The notes beneath the pieces are model-generated. The model was not told where the DNA came from. It made no database searches and saw only the letters and a program-made list of their open reading frames with translations. A program made the position numbers and the translations under genes. A stretch of 64,000 nucleotides of DNA, from sequence record NC_028999.1; one strand, written 5' to 3'. Position 1 is the stretch's first letter; the number at the start of each line of letters is the position of its first letter. Of the stretch, positions 18,377 through 28,062 are shown piece after piece.

Positions 18377-18893
18377 GGCTACTATCTATGGTACATGGGT
18401 ACCCAATGGCGATGGTTACGAACTGGCTATTTATCCCATCGTACAGCGCTGGCGTGATGATGGAGATCGTATCATGCCTCAGGGTAGTTTCTCATTGATT
18501 AATCTTCACGACGATAAAACGTTGGAAAAGATCCTAGATGAGGACTACCGGTTCACATCGGAGATGAAAGTCCGTACCGTCTGCAATGAAGACGACGACA
18601 TTCAGAACTTCTTCGCTGCGGTTAAGAACGAGCAGTACACGCCTACTCTGGAACTGCACAACCTTGGCGAGTTCCAAGATAAGGAAGGTTTCGAATACGA
18701 AGTCTACCTCATGATCACCAACTATAACCTGACGGCTACGCCTACCTCCAGTAAGTATGCTTGGGATGGCATGTATTTGCTGGAAGACATCGAACTGGAT
18801 GAAGATGAGGAACTCGAACGCGAGATCCTAGCTACTCTTCGTAAACTCAAAGGCCCGGCTACGTTCAGTGCTGGCCGAGTGGAGAAACCGTAA
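18363..18893 (+). CDS. Acidic hypothetical protein
   Basis: ORF track; start trimmed to MSRIKA. Confidence 0.8.
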   Translation: MSRIKATIYGTWVPNGDGYELAIYPIVQRWRDDGDRIMPQGSFSLINLHDDKTLEKILDEDYRFTSEMKVRTVCNEDDDIQNFFAAVKNEQYTPTLELHNLGEFQDKEGFEYEVYLMITNYNLTATPTSSKYAWDGMYLLEDIELDEDEELEREILATLRKLKGPATFSAGRVEKP

Positions 18894-19159
18894 TGGATTC
18901 CACAATCCATGTCGCTTATAGTTACAGTATCATACGGCTATGCCAAGACTCGCCCCGCACCAGCCATACGCGACGTCGGTCATGGTCAGTTCAACGCAAT
19001 AGTTACAAAGAAAGTAACGGTGAATACCTACGTTATCCATCTAAAGCCGATGCAATAACCGGCTGGTTTTCTGCTACCAATGCACGGATTGCCAAGAAGC
19101 AGGCAAAGAGATACCTCAAACTCAACATTAACAAGTTCAAAGAACAGGTGCAAGCATGA
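18893..19159 (+). CDS. Basic hypothetical protein
   Basis: TAATG coupling. Confidence 0.7.
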   Translation: MDSTIHVAYSYSIIRLCQDSPRTSHTRRRSWSVQRNSYKESNGEYLRYPSKADAITGWFSATNARIAKKQAKRYLKLNINKFKEQVQA

Positions 19160-19509
19160 CTATTTATTTCGAAGGTAATGGTGAATCCAAGCCGGTTACC
19201 CTGAGCCAAACCCGTGACCAGTTCATGCTGGCTATCAAGAACAAGCGCGATGAGGTTCTGTCAAATCCGCTGCTGGAAACTTACGAAGACCCGGCACAGC
19301 GTGACCGCGTAGTGGCAGATGCTACTATTAAAGGTGTTCTACAAGTGCTGGATGGTGAATCCAATGACTTCCCAGCAGTGGAACTCAAGCCGTTCGTTCC
19401 AGAAGAAGACATCACCGAAGCAAAAGAAGCAGGTGCGGATTACTTAGATCCAGAATGTGCTGATTTCGGTCAAGGGTTGGCTGAGTACTGGAACTTGATC
19501 TCTTCCTAA
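19156..19509 (+). CDS. Hypothetical protein
   Basis: ATGA overlap. Confidence 0.8.
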   Translation: MTIYFEGNGESKPVTLSQTRDQFMLAIKNKRDEVLSNPLLETYEDPAQRDRVVADATIKGVLQVLDGESNDFPAVELKPFVPEEDITEAKEAGADYLDPECADFGQGLAEYWNLISS

Positions 19510-19514
19510 GGAGG

Positions 19515-19769
19515 TTGGTGATGGCAACGTTGAAAGAGGATGTCCTCGGTCAAATATCATTCGAGTTGCTAGAACTGCGCCAGGCTTTGCTTGACGACGT
19601 TCCTAACATGACCCCGAGCAAGCTGATTGATCGAGCTATCACTGGTGCAACTACGGTATTGGAAAAGAATTTTGAATTCAAAGCCAAGGCCGTTCAGGAA
19701 TGCAACGGTGATCCCCACTGGTGTGTTGGTATAACCGAGAAATACTGGGAAGACCTTACAAGCGGTTAG
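19515..19769 (+). CDS. Hypothetical protein
   Basis: ORF track; AGGAGG RBS. Confidence 0.75.
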   Translation: MVMATLKEDVLGQISFELLELRQALLDDVPNMTPSKLIDRAITGATTVLEKNFEFKAKAVQECNGDPHWCVGITEKYWEDLTSG

Positions 19770-19777
19770 GAGGGCAC

Positions 19778-20347
19778 ATGCGGATTAAACCAGAGAGGGT
19801 GTTGATGGTAGTCAACCAAACTATCTATCACCCGGATATGCCGAGTACAGTTGTTTTCCACAAGGGGGATACTCTTGAGGTTAAGGACGATGGAACGTTG
19901 GTCTACCTCAATAATGATCCCTTTACGCGGTTTCCCAAACCGGCAACACCAATGAGTAAGCAGGCTTACGATCAGTTCGTTAAACCTTATCTGGATAAAT
20001 TTCCATCGCCGGCACCTAAACCGGTACGTCCATCTCTTAAAGAACAGTGGGCGGCCGTAGGGATTGATCTGGACAAGTGGGATCCAACCACCAGACCTGA
20101 ATACGATGGACCTTCCCCTCAACTGTCATACACTCGTGAAGCTTTGCGTGCACTAGCAGACAAGAAGGTAATCGACATGTACGGGATCGTTAAGGGGGCG
20201 AAACAACAGGCTCTCATGACGCAGTTGATCCAAAGTACTGTGGTGGACACAGTGAAGGTCATTGACAAACATCTGGTTATTCAGGACGACTACCATGAAG
20301 ATGTTTGGGGGATTACTGAACAACTCTTCAACGACATCAGTAACTAG
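19778..20347 (+). CDS. Hypothetical protein
   Basis: AGGAGG RBS; start trimmed to MRIKPE. Confidence 0.8.
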   Translation: MRIKPERVLMVVNQTIYHPDMPSTVVFHKGDTLEVKDDGTLVYLNNDPFTRFPKPATPMSKQAYDQFVKPYLDKFPSPAPKPVRPSLKEQWAAVGIDLDKWDPTTRPEYDGPSPQLSYTREALRALADKKVIDMYGIVKGAKQQALMTQLIQSTVVDTVKVIDKHLVIQDDYHEDVWGITEQLFNDISN

Positions 20348-20355
20348 GAGGTCAT

Positions 20356-20925
20356 ATGTTCTTCCTCACTGAAGATACAGAATGCAGTATCAATGGGCGC
20401 ACTGTCAAAGTTTCGGAAGGGACAGTGGTTGCACCGGAAGGGCTTATCGACCTGGATATGATCCCGGTACGATTCCCTGGGCATGATGACAGCAGTACGC
20501 ATTTCCTGCCGGTCTCATCGCTACAATGGAAATACGAACCTGACCAACTGCTATTGCGTGAAGCAGTTGAAGAAACCACCGAACAGATTATTGAGGGTGT
20601 TGGGATCTATGATAACGACATCTCGTTCAATAATGCCCTCGAACGGTTGGCGAAAGTACGAAAAGATCTGCACAGGGATGTAAACAACTATCTCCCTGAA
20701 AGCATGCAAACTGTCGTTCACCTGTTGGTAGATGAATCCATCGCAGCTGGGATGAACGTGATCGCCGAGAACTACGAGCTACGTGGCGATATGCGGTATG
20801 GTCCGGATGAAGAAAATGCCATCGAGGTTTCCTACGAAACTACCCAGTCGGTCAATGATTCTCTGTGGAACACTATCTTCGAGCTAGAAGTAGATAAGCT
20901 CCAGGAGATCAGTGATGAGCAGTGA
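20356..20925 (+). CDS. Acidic hypothetical protein
   Basis: AGGAGG RBS. Confidence 0.8.
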   Translation: MFFLTEDTECSINGRTVKVSEGTVVAPEGLIDLDMIPVRFPGHDDSSTHFLPVSSLQWKYEPDQLLLREAVEETTEQIIEGVGIYDNDISFNNALERLAKVRKDLHRDVNNYLPESMQTVVHLLVDESIAAGMNVIAENYELRGDMRYGPDEENAIEVSYETTQSVNDSLWNTIFELEVDKLQEISDEQ

Positions 20926-21036
20926 AATTAATCACGTCCTTGATCCCAAGAAATAAATACGCTCGTGTGTTAGCTTGTGTGATGATTGTCGTCATCGTTC
21001 AAGCTAGCTCATTTAAATTCATCTAGGAGTAATACA

Positions 21037-21654
21037 ATGGCTGAAGTTAAATTCGAGATCACCTCGGATAAAGCTCATCTGGGTAAGACCCTGCTGGGTG
21101 CTGAACTTGTGCGCCAACTGCGTAAAGCTGGCTTTCCGGTGGTCACCGAATGCATAGACGGTGATCTGGAGTGCCGGGTTGAAGACGACGAGACTGATCA
21201 CAATCATCGCCTGAAAGAGCTGGGGAAGTTCTTCCAGGACAATGGTCATGCGGTTAAAGTGGTCGAGTACTTGACTGTTCCGCTAGCGCGCTATCCACTT
21301 TTTGATCAGCAAACCCGTGTGGTCATGCCTGTTCCGAACGGTGTTGAAAACCCCGCCGCCTTTGCAGAGGAAGTCAATGCCGCAGTGAAGGGTATCTTCG
21401 AACGGTATGGGGTACCACCAGAAGCATATGCCAAGCTTCGACAATCCAGTCTCTATGGTCGGCCGTTATCCCGTGCCGTGCTCGAACTGGATAAAGATAA
21501 CCCGGATCCATCGCATACGGCTCAACTCGTTCAAGATGCGATCAATGAGTCTGCCCATCGTGCGTTCCCACTGGGTGACCCGCGTGATCAACGTCAGGAT
21601 GTCTCTGACGCCATCGCTAATGCCAACAATGTTGTACTGTCCAAGAAACCCTAA
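21037..21654 (+). CDS. Hypothetical protein
   Basis: AGGAG RBS; start trimmed to MAEVKF. Confidence 0.8.
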   Translation: MAEVKFEITSDKAHLGKTLLGAELVRQLRKAGFPVVTECIDGDLECRVEDDETDHNHRLKELGKFFQDNGHAVKVVEYLTVPLARYPLFDQQTRVVMPVPNGVENPAAFAEEVNAAVKGIFERYGVPPEAYAKLRQSSLYGRPLSRAVLELDKDNPDPSHTAQLVQDAINESAHRAFPLGDPRDQRQDVSDAIANANNVVLSKKP

Positions 21655-21667
21655 TAGGAGCTTTACC

Positions 21668-21982
21668 GTGGAAGAAATTGAAATGACCCAAGCGCAAGAA
21701 AACAAAGAAATCGTTCGTACCTCCTACGCAGCTACCGTGCTGGCTGGAGTGGTTGAATTCGGTGGTGATCTGCTGCGCGATGTACCGAGTGATAGCGCCG
21801 CACATGCTCTGGTCCCTCAAGCCATTGCGGGTACTCTGGACGCCGTACAGAACGCCTACCACCTCGTACCGAAGATCGAGTATGTGGGTGATGACCTGCG
21901 TGATCGCGAAGCACCGGTAAATACCGAGAGCACCAAGCTTAGCGGTCTGCTGGATGAGCTCTGGGATAAGGTCTCTGGCTAA
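21668..21982 (+). CDS. Hypothetical protein, AIxGTLDAV family
   Basis: AGGAG RBS and GTG start; AIAGTLDAVQNAY. Confidence 0.75.
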   Translation: MEEIEMTQAQENKEIVRTSYAATVLAGVVEFGGDLLRDVPSDSAAHALVPQAIAGTLDAVQNAYHLVPKIEYVGDDLRDREAPVNTESTKLSGLLDELWDKVSG

Positions 21983-22119
21983 TGCCTACGGTTTTTGATA
22001 TAGCTGAAAACCGAGCCCGTTTCGTTACTTCTGTAATTAAGGAAGATAAGGCAATTCATCTGCGCTTATCTAAATCCACCGATAGTGGCGTGCTTATCGA
22101 TATCTGGAAGGATGTTTGA
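21982..22119 (+). CDS. 45-aa protein (not in ORF track)
   Basis: TAATG coupling; MPTVFDIAENRARFV...; fills the gap exactly. Confidence 0.6.
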   Translation: MPTVFDIAENRARFVTSVIKEDKAIHLRLSKSTDSGVLIDIWKDV

Positions 22120-22412
22120 TTATGAGTGAACAACTGAAGATTCGCGGTTGTAGCGAGATCCTAACGGATTTCAACAACCATCTGGTCGAAAAGCTGATTG
22201 CGGTACGTGATAACTGCACTACTGAATTTGACATCGCTCCTGAGGTGGTGAACAAGATCGTTGGTAGTACAGTTGAGGTCATGGAGACCACCTGTCGTAT
22301 TCTACCCGACTACGACAAGATCCTGACCGAGGAAGAGAAGAAAGCCGAACTCACTTTGGTCTGGAGTCCTGTGGGTTACACTGAGGCTTTCTGGAATGCC
22401 GTCAGCAACTGA
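22116..22412 (+). CDS. Hypothetical protein
   Basis: ORF track. Confidence 0.75.
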   Translation: MIMSEQLKIRGCSEILTDFNNHLVEKLIAVRDNCTTEFDIAPEVVNKIVGSTVEVMETTCRILPDYDKILTEEEKKAELTLVWSPVGYTEAFWNAVSN

Positions 22413-22590
22413 AATTGATCTGGTAGAGGCAGTCACTCGTACTGCACCTCTACCAGTCGAGAAGAATCTCTCTATTCGAGAGAAGAACGTTATCCGTCGC
22501 GTGAACCGTAAATGTAAAGCTGAACGTAAGCGTATTCATAACGCTACGCTAGGTATGTTACGTCGCATGGTGCTCGAATCGGTTAACTAA
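22396..22590 (+). CDS. Small basic protein
   Basis: ORF track. Confidence 0.6.
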   Translation: MPSATEIDLVEAVTRTAPLPVEKNLSIREKNVIRRVNRKCKAERKRIHNATLGMLRRMVLESVN

Positions 22591-22631
22591 CCCAAGGCTT
22601 AGATACCCTTGGTCAATATCTGGAGACGGGA

Positions 22632-22958
22632 ATGACTACCCAATTCTTTGGTGCTGTAAAAGAAGCTCGACAAGCGGCTATCGACCTCTACAAGACTCAG
22701 CTCACTGATGAGCAGGTCCGTGAAGCGGTCAAAGGTATGGGTGCCGACGAAATCATTGCTCACTTCACTGGTATCCGGGAACAGCGTGCAATGGATGCAA
22801 TCGACATGGCCATTGGTGGTACCCTCGATGCAGTGGAAAACCACTACGAGGAAATCATCGAAGCCACGGCCTCTGACTCGGAAGGGACGGAGATCGAAGT
22901 GAGTGTATCGTGTGTCAGCAGTCTGGCTGCTTCGTTCTTTGACGAGATCAGCAATTGA
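22632..22958 (+). CDS. Hypothetical protein, AIxGTLDAV family
   Basis: GGAG RBS; AIGGTLDAVENHY. Confidence 0.8.
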   Translation: MTTQFFGAVKEARQAAIDLYKTQLTDEQVREAVKGMGADEIIAHFTGIREQRAMDAIDMAIGGTLDAVENHYEEIIEATASDSEGTEIEVSVSCVSSLAASFFDEISN

Positions 22959-22964
22959 TGTAAC

Positions 22965-23000
22965 GGCATATCGGCTCTCCTTCGGGAGAGCCGGTGTGTT
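22965..23000 (+). terminator. GGCATA-hairpin element
   Basis: GGCATAT-CGGCTCTCC-TTCG-GGAGAGCCG-GTGTGTT. Confidence 0.85.
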
Positions 23001-23023
23001 CATTTCTTTTTTGGAATAAAACA

Positions 23024-23458
23024 ATGACGGTAACCAATTTCTTCATTTGTTTCGCCTGTGCTGGTGTGATAGTATTCATCTGGCGGTTCCTGGGTCATTT
23101 GGCTCTTGCTAAACAACAACTCTTGCAAGGCCCGGTCAACACTGACAGCCTGATGGATCTGATCATCTACCGTATGGAACATTTATACGGGGACGTTATT
23201 GAAACTTCTGCTGTCTTTCAGTTCTTGAGAATTCCATTCCAACCTGGTCGTTCGGTCTATTACCTACTGTGTTACAAGGATCGGGTTCAGGTATTCACCA
23301 CGTCTGATCAAGCAAACAATGCAGCCAATGAAGAAGCTTATTCCATTGTTGAATTGGAGATGATCGGCAAGCCTGATTTTACTGTTAAAATCAGGCAGAT
23401 GACATCGCATCATGCTGGAGTAGAAACCCATCTGCATTGGGGTGTGCAAACCCGGTGA
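23024..23458 (+). CDS. Membrane-anchored hypothetical protein
   Basis: N-terminal TM; start trimmed to MTVTNF. Confidence 0.75.
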   Translation: MTVTNFFICFACAGVIVFIWRFLGHLALAKQQLLQGPVNTDSLMDLIIYRMEHLYGDVIETSAVFQFLRIPFQPGRSVYYLLCYKDRVQVFTTSDQANNAANEEAYSIVELEMIGKPDFTVKIRQMTSHHAGVETHLHWGVQTR

Positions 23459-23518
23459 TTCTAACAGATGTTATGTATTAGCAATCCCGCTGATACTTTC
23501 ATAGCTGGAGAAACACCA

Positions 23519-23875
23519 ATGGCGATTCTCAGTCTTGTGCAAGCGGGCGAACAGCTGGCTGCCAACGAGATTGCTCCGTTCGAAGCGGACATTAACAACT
23601 ACCTGTCTCAGCCGACAACGGTTGACTTCCTGAACAACCCTGATCAGGAAGTTCACTTTGTGTTCCGTACCTACAAGGGCGTGAAAATCGCTCAGGCTTC
23701 AGTAGATGCTCTGAAAGCAGCTATCGAAGCAGCTGGTTGGAAGTCCGTAGAAGTTACCCTGGTTGGTGACGTTCTGGATGTCAAGTTCTACGTCGAAGAG
23801 CAAACTGCTGAACCCGAACCGCCGGTATCCGGTGGTGACGAAGGCGGTGAACCGGATCCGGCTCCGACTGAGTAA
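23519..23875 (+). CDS. Hypothetical protein with acidic Pro/Gly tail
   Basis: GGAG RBS; start trimmed to MAILSL. Confidence 0.85.
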   Translation: MAILSLVQAGEQLAANEIAPFEADINNYLSQPTTVDFLNNPDQEVHFVFRTYKGVKIAQASVDALKAAIEAAGWKSVEVTLVGDVLDVKFYVEEQTAEPEPPVSGGDEGGEPDPAPTE

Positions 23876-23917
23876 CAACATAATTGCCCTCTCCTTCGGG
23901 AGAGGGCGTTATGCTGT
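23875..23917. terminator. Bidirectional hairpin between convergent genes
   Basis: ACAACATAA-TTGCCCTCTCC-TTCG-GGAGAGGGC-GTTATGCTGT. Confidence 0.85.
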
Positions 23918-24087
23918 CAAACGTCTTTATAGCTTGCACCTATCTGGACGTTCTCAACGGAGGCCTTTTGATCAGCCTTGTTGAATTCTTTGGCTACCTT
24001 TTGTGGGATACCCACTTTCTTAGCAAATTCCTTTGAATGTGCGGCAGCAGCCATAGTACGCTTTTGTTTCTCACTAACTGAAGGCAT
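23917..24087 (-). CDS. 56-aa basic protein (MPSVS..Q...MAAAAH..EFAKKVGIPQ.VAKEF type; not in ORF track)
   Basis: Translated by hand; GAGGAG RBS 7 nt upstream; resembles a small-protein pattern I recall from diverse phages. Confidence 0.8.
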   Translation of the reverse strand: MPSVSEKQKRTMAAAAHSKEFAKKVGIPQKVAKEFNKADQKASVENVQIGASYKDV

Positions 24088-24132
24088 GGGCATACTCCTC
24101 TGACTTTCATATATTTAAAGCATTTAAAACCC

Positions 24133-24140
24133 TATATTAC
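24133..24140 (+). promoter_or_regulatory. Early promoter box
   Basis: ATTTAAAACCC-TATATTAC-AA. Confidence 0.8.
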
Positions 24141-24183
24141 AAATGTGATCTAACCCCTTCAAATACCAATAGGAATCTTCAAA

Positions 24184-24561
24184 ATGCAACAGATTAAAAA
24201 CGCTATGGAAGCTGTAGTTGTAGTTGGTGCTGTAGTTATCGCCGCTGCGGCCATGGTCATCATGGCTTCTCAAGCTATGCAGGAAGAAAGTTCTCCACGC
24301 CCGGTAAGACCGCGTCCTCAACCGCGTATCTGGTACACCACTCCAGAGATGCATGCTTTCATTGACGAACGCTTTGAACGCATGTACGAACGCATGGTCT
24401 TCCTGTTCGACCAACGTGAACAGCAGCTGTACTTCCATGAAGAATGCATGCGCATTGCAGTAATCGTGGAAAAGATGAGTCCCACCAGTCATCACGCTCT
24501 GGACTACCTGGATTACCTCGAACGTAAGAAACGTGAATTCCGTATCGAACACAACATCTAA
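24184..24561 (+). CDS. Early membrane-anchored protein
   Basis: N-terminal TM AVVVVGAVVIAAAAMVI. Confidence 0.8.
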   Translation: MQQIKNAMEAVVVVGAVVIAAAAMVIMASQAMQEESSPRPVRPRPQPRIWYTTPEMHAFIDERFERMYERMVFLFDQREQQLYFHEECMRIAVIVEKMSPTSHHALDYLDYLERKKREFRIEHNI

Positions 24562-24570
24562 GGACTAACC

Positions 24571-25218
24571 ATGCAACTGTTACGCAGCATTGAGATCACT
24601 CGCACTACCCATGGCTACCCAGAAGTGGCCCAACTCGACATCTATCTGGACTGGATGAACACAGTCCCGGTTTATGCCGTCCACACACCGCATGCAATGG
24701 ACTCCGAACGTGAGGTTCGTCTGCATGCTCGTTACTTCGTTTCCCGCCCCCATGTGCGGGAATTCGTGGAGGAGTACAGCAAGTGCTTCGGCCTGGGGGC
24801 TGAGTCGATCGAGATCGATAAGGGGTATTGTTGGGCAGAGCTACATCAATTGATGTTCCTGCAAGATATCGACGCTCCTAATCCATGGCGGGTGCGCATC
24901 ACCAACCATGCCGAGCTGTTCAGTGGCATACACCGTTACGTCGGCATCGACCTCAGTAACCAAGCTCCCACGGTAACGTACGAACAGCATCAAGCAGCAA
25001 AGTTCCACAGTCAGGCTCTGGCGAGCGTCATTGCCATGACCTACACCAGCGCAGCTTGTAAACCAGTATTCAACAGTCTACTGGAAGAGCTGGATAACGA
25101 GCTGATTTTCATCGTGGAACGTTACGACGATGTCGATGGTTCGTGGAAGGAATTCTGTGCACCCGACTTCGTCAGCCGTCAACCAGTCATTCAATACAAC
25201 GACTCGATAGGCCTGTAA
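24571..25218 (+). CDS. Hypothetical protein
   Basis: AAGGA RBS. Confidence 0.8.
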   Translation: MQLLRSIEITRTTHGYPEVAQLDIYLDWMNTVPVYAVHTPHAMDSEREVRLHARYFVSRPHVREFVEEYSKCFGLGAESIEIDKGYCWAELHQLMFLQDIDAPNPWRVRITNHAELFSGIHRYVGIDLSNQAPTVTYEQHQAAKFHSQALASVIAMTYTSAACKPVFNSLLEELDNELIFIVERYDDVDGSWKEFCAPDFVSRQPVIQYNDSIGL

Positions 25219-25257
25219 TACCCCAACCTCAATTCAATACACAAAAGGAATATACCC

Positions 25258-25497
25258 ATGCAACTGCAATCCAAAGCTATTTTCGGTGGTGCTCGTCAGA
25301 TCGACCTGGATCCGGTTCTGATGATGTCCGAACGCAACGTACTGGCAGTACGCTGCCTGGTGGCCTCCAAGCTTGGTCATGAAGCGCGCGCCTTCTACCA
25401 GGTCAACACCAAGGGTTACCCGTTCATCGAGGTCTGGGGCGGCGACAAAGATAAGCGCGACGAGTTCGAAGCCGAACTGCGTAAAGTCTTCCATTAA
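25258..25497 (+). CDS. Hypothetical protein
   Basis: AAGGA RBS. Confidence 0.8.
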   Translation: MQLQSKAIFGGARQIDLDPVLMMSERNVLAVRCLVASKLGHEARAFYQVNTKGYPFIEVWGGDKDKRDEFEAELRKVFH

Positions 25498-25510
25498 TAA
25501 GGAGCTATCA

Positions 25511-26017
25511 ATGGAACTGAAGCTGAAAAAGATGCCGGGTCGTGGACCTTGCATTGAAATGTACGGTCACTGGGTAACGGAGCGGGTACATGAAGTTGTG
25601 TCCCGTATGTTGAACAATAACTGGATGGGCTCTCCGGTCTATCAAGCCAAGCAACTGGCAAAGCCTTTCTTCCAAGGCGGCTTCGATAATCCGAAGGGTC
25701 GATGGATCCTCATCGAATTCTGGAATCATGATATCGATGAGTCCTGTGAATTCATTCGCCTGCTGCAAATCGGCGTCAACGACGTCCTGGGGAAATACGA
25801 ACAGAAGATCATGGTTAACCCGTACAAGATGGGTTACGATAATGGTGGTGGCTCTTATGGTGTTATCCACATGATCCAACAAGAGACCGGATGTCCTGCT
25901 GATTGGGGAGATAGCATGTCACCCATCACGTTCCTTCCGGAAAACAACAACCAGTTCTCGCAGGTCATGAGTCTGTGCGAACTGTTTGAACTGCCGGTAA
26001 CCCCGGTAAACATGTAA
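25511..26017 (+). CDS. Hypothetical protein
   Basis: AAGGAG RBS; start trimmed to MELKLK. Confidence 0.8.
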   Translation: MELKLKKMPGRGPCIEMYGHWVTERVHEVVSRMLNNNWMGSPVYQAKQLAKPFFQGGFDNPKGRWILIEFWNHDIDESCEFIRLLQIGVNDVLGKYEQKIMVNPYKMGYDNGGGSYGVIHMIQQETGCPADWGDSMSPITFLPENNNQFSQVMSLCELFELPVTPVNM

Positions 26018-26083
26018 CAAAGTACGACCTTGCAAGATCGTTTAGTAAGATAATCCAAAGATTAAATATTAGGAGTTACAACA

Positions 26084-26545
26084 ATGCAAGCTACCACCCA
26101 AGTTATTGAATCCCTGCTGCTCGAAACTTTGGCCAGCAATCGTGATCTGGATATTTCTGAGAACGGTTTGGGGTTCCATGGGTTGTACCATATTTCGCAT
26201 CCGGTTAAGGAAGATCTGGAACTGATCCAAGCCAAAGCTGTTGTCAAGGATATCATGCCTGACCTCCTGGTGTGGGAGCAGCTGGATGAGAAAAACATCC
26301 GTGCTGGTTACATGACCCTGGGTGGTTACCTGGATTCCGTCAAGTTGATGCAAGTCAGCTATGCTTACCTGGCTAATATGACTGATGAGGAAATGGTTCT
26401 CGTCCGTCGTCAGCTTGAGCATATCGACCGTCATCACCGCGTGGCCTGTGCTCAGGCTATGAGTGACAAGCTCTGCCTGTACATCGACGTAAAGGGTACT
26501 CACTACGCCCTCACCATCAACGTCATGAACCTGGCAGTGAACTAA
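26084..26545 (+). CDS. Hypothetical protein
   Basis: AGGAG RBS. Confidence 0.8.
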   Translation: MQATTQVIESLLLETLASNRDLDISENGLGFHGLYHISHPVKEDLELIQAKAVVKDIMPDLLVWEQLDEKNIRAGYMTLGGYLDSVKLMQVSYAYLANMTDEEMVLVRRQLEHIDRHHRVACAQAMSDKLCLYIDVKGTHYALTINVMNLAVN

Positions 26546-26550
26546 TCCAT

Positions 26551-26580
26551 AGGGAGCCTTCGGGCTCCCTTTTATTTTTT
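26551..26580 (+). terminator. Intrinsic terminator
   Basis: AGGGAGCC-TTCG-GGCTCCCT-TTTATTTTTT. Confidence 0.9.
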
Positions 26581-26601
26581 GTCCAATAGGAAGATATCAA
26601 A

Positions 26602-26913
26602 ATGATACCACTTGAAGAAATGCCGACTCCCGTTGATCTGCATGACCTGATGAGTTCCAACGACGAGCTTGTTTACAACAGTCTACAACGGCGACTTGTA
26701 GATGCCATGAACGTACGTGAGAACTGGAGATTCGCCCAACATGCTTTGGGCGCCTATTTCGAAAAGGATTTCTCTGTCGATAAGACCATGGGTGTCTCCC
26801 CTCTGGTAATACAGAGGTTGCGCAACAACCTTCGTGCGTGTGGCTATGTCAGTATTCACGTTGGTATTCAGGTAGGAAACGGTGACTTGCGTGTGGGGTT
26901 CTTCTGTCCATGA
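26602..26913 (+). CDS. Hypothetical protein
   Basis: AGGA RBS. Confidence 0.8.
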   Translation: MIPLEEMPTPVDLHDLMSSNDELVYNSLQRRLVDAMNVRENWRFAQHALGAYFEKDFSVDKTMGVSPLVIQRLRNNLRACGYVSIHVGIQVGNGDLRVGFFCP

Positions 26914-27332
26914 CCACACAAGAGAAACTCAATTACATCCGGGAATTCTGTCCACGCATGTTGGACGTCGAACTGAACTTCCCTGGTAATGCTCAACTAT
27001 GGCAACTGCTCGGCACGTCATCGATCAAGCATGGCAGTTACGTAGCTTTGGGTGGGGGTGACAGCAGTAAGAAGCCCTATGACGAGGAACTGTGGACTCG
27101 TTGTCTGGAGGTCAACACCTGGGTAGCCGTTATTGCTCGCTTGGTTGAACGGCAACAGAGAAAGTACAGTTGGGAAAATCCGATCAATACCAACAAATCA
27201 ATCATTGCCTGGGCACCATCATTTGATGAAGCAGTTGGCATTCTGTACAACTGGATAAAAGAACACGCTACTGACGAACGCGGTGCAGAATACTCGACAT
27301 CGCTGGAGCGTCGCTTTGTAAAATTCGACTGA
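26910..27332 (+). CDS. Hypothetical protein
   Basis: ATGA overlap. Confidence 0.8.
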   Translation: MTTQEKLNYIREFCPRMLDVELNFPGNAQLWQLLGTSSIKHGSYVALGGGDSSKKPYDEELWTRCLEVNTWVAVIARLVERQQRKYSWENPINTNKSIIAWAPSFDEAVGILYNWIKEHATDERGAEYSTSLERRFVKFD

Positions 27333-27342
27333 GGGGAACAAT

Positions 27343-27615
27343 ATGTCAAGGGACATCAAGCTGGTTAAACGTGGGGATAAAGGTTGGGTTGCTGAACTAC
27401 TGGGCACTGACCGGCGTTTCAACTTTGATCTCGATGATCAACAAACTTGGGTATCCCTTGGCATTCACCCCGAGGGCGCAGTTCGTTTCGAATGTGATAT
27501 GCGCGGTAATCTGGAACGTGTAACACTCGTGAACGGTGACGTTGAACTGGATAACCTGATCATTCCTGCCGGTAAGGCTCTGTATAACGCGGTGAACATA
27601 ACAACAGCGATCTAG
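27343..27615 (+). CDS. Hypothetical protein
   Basis: GAGG RBS. Confidence 0.8.
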   Translation: MSRDIKLVKRGDKGWVAELLGTDRRFNFDLDDQQTWVSLGIHPEGAVRFECDMRGNLERVTLVNGDVELDNLIIPAGKALYNAVNITTAI

Positions 27616-27624
27616 GAGTAGTAC

Positions 27625-28044
27625 ATGGAAGAAGATAAACTGATTCTGCTTTTTAACTTCCTGATTATCGGGGGCGCATACTTCGCATTTTGGCTCGTCA
27701 TGACCTACATCTCTAAACCGGTGTTGGAGTTTCATGTACGCGCTGTGTATTTGCAGCGACTGCGAGTACGTTGCACCGAACTACGTGGTGGATTCAAACT
27801 ACGGCGTGGTAACAATGGTTTCTATGTTATCATTGGCCTAGACAACAACGTTCGGTATCAACTACCAGGCAATAGCTTCAGGATAGCTCAGCAGAATCCC
27901 GACAACATTATCTTCCAGGTTCAGGCATTCGTTAAGAAAGGGCGTGTAATCAAATACGATTACATCCAGATCTCCAAACACAACGCCTCGCTGGATTGGG
28001 AAAGCCTCCCTATTGGCAATCCTATGCAAGCCGTTTCGGCGTAG
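27625..28044 (+). CDS. Membrane-anchored protein
   Basis: AGGAG RBS; N-terminal TM. Confidence 0.8.
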   Translation: MEEDKLILLFNFLIIGGAYFAFWLVMTYISKPVLEFHVRAVYLQRLRVRCTELRGGFKLRRGNNGFYVIIGLDNNVRYQLPGNSFRIAQQNPDNIIFQVQAFVKKGRVIKYDYIQISKHNASLDWESLPIGNPMQAVSA

Positions 28045-28062
28045 TCAATTTTGGAGCAAGTA

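Noticed and set aside
20971-21006. Intergenic hairpin TAGCTTG/CAAGCTA
   Set aside because: It may lie inside a 34-aa hydrophobic ORF (VKLITSLIPRNKYARVLACVMIVVIVQ...); no promoter or terminator context.
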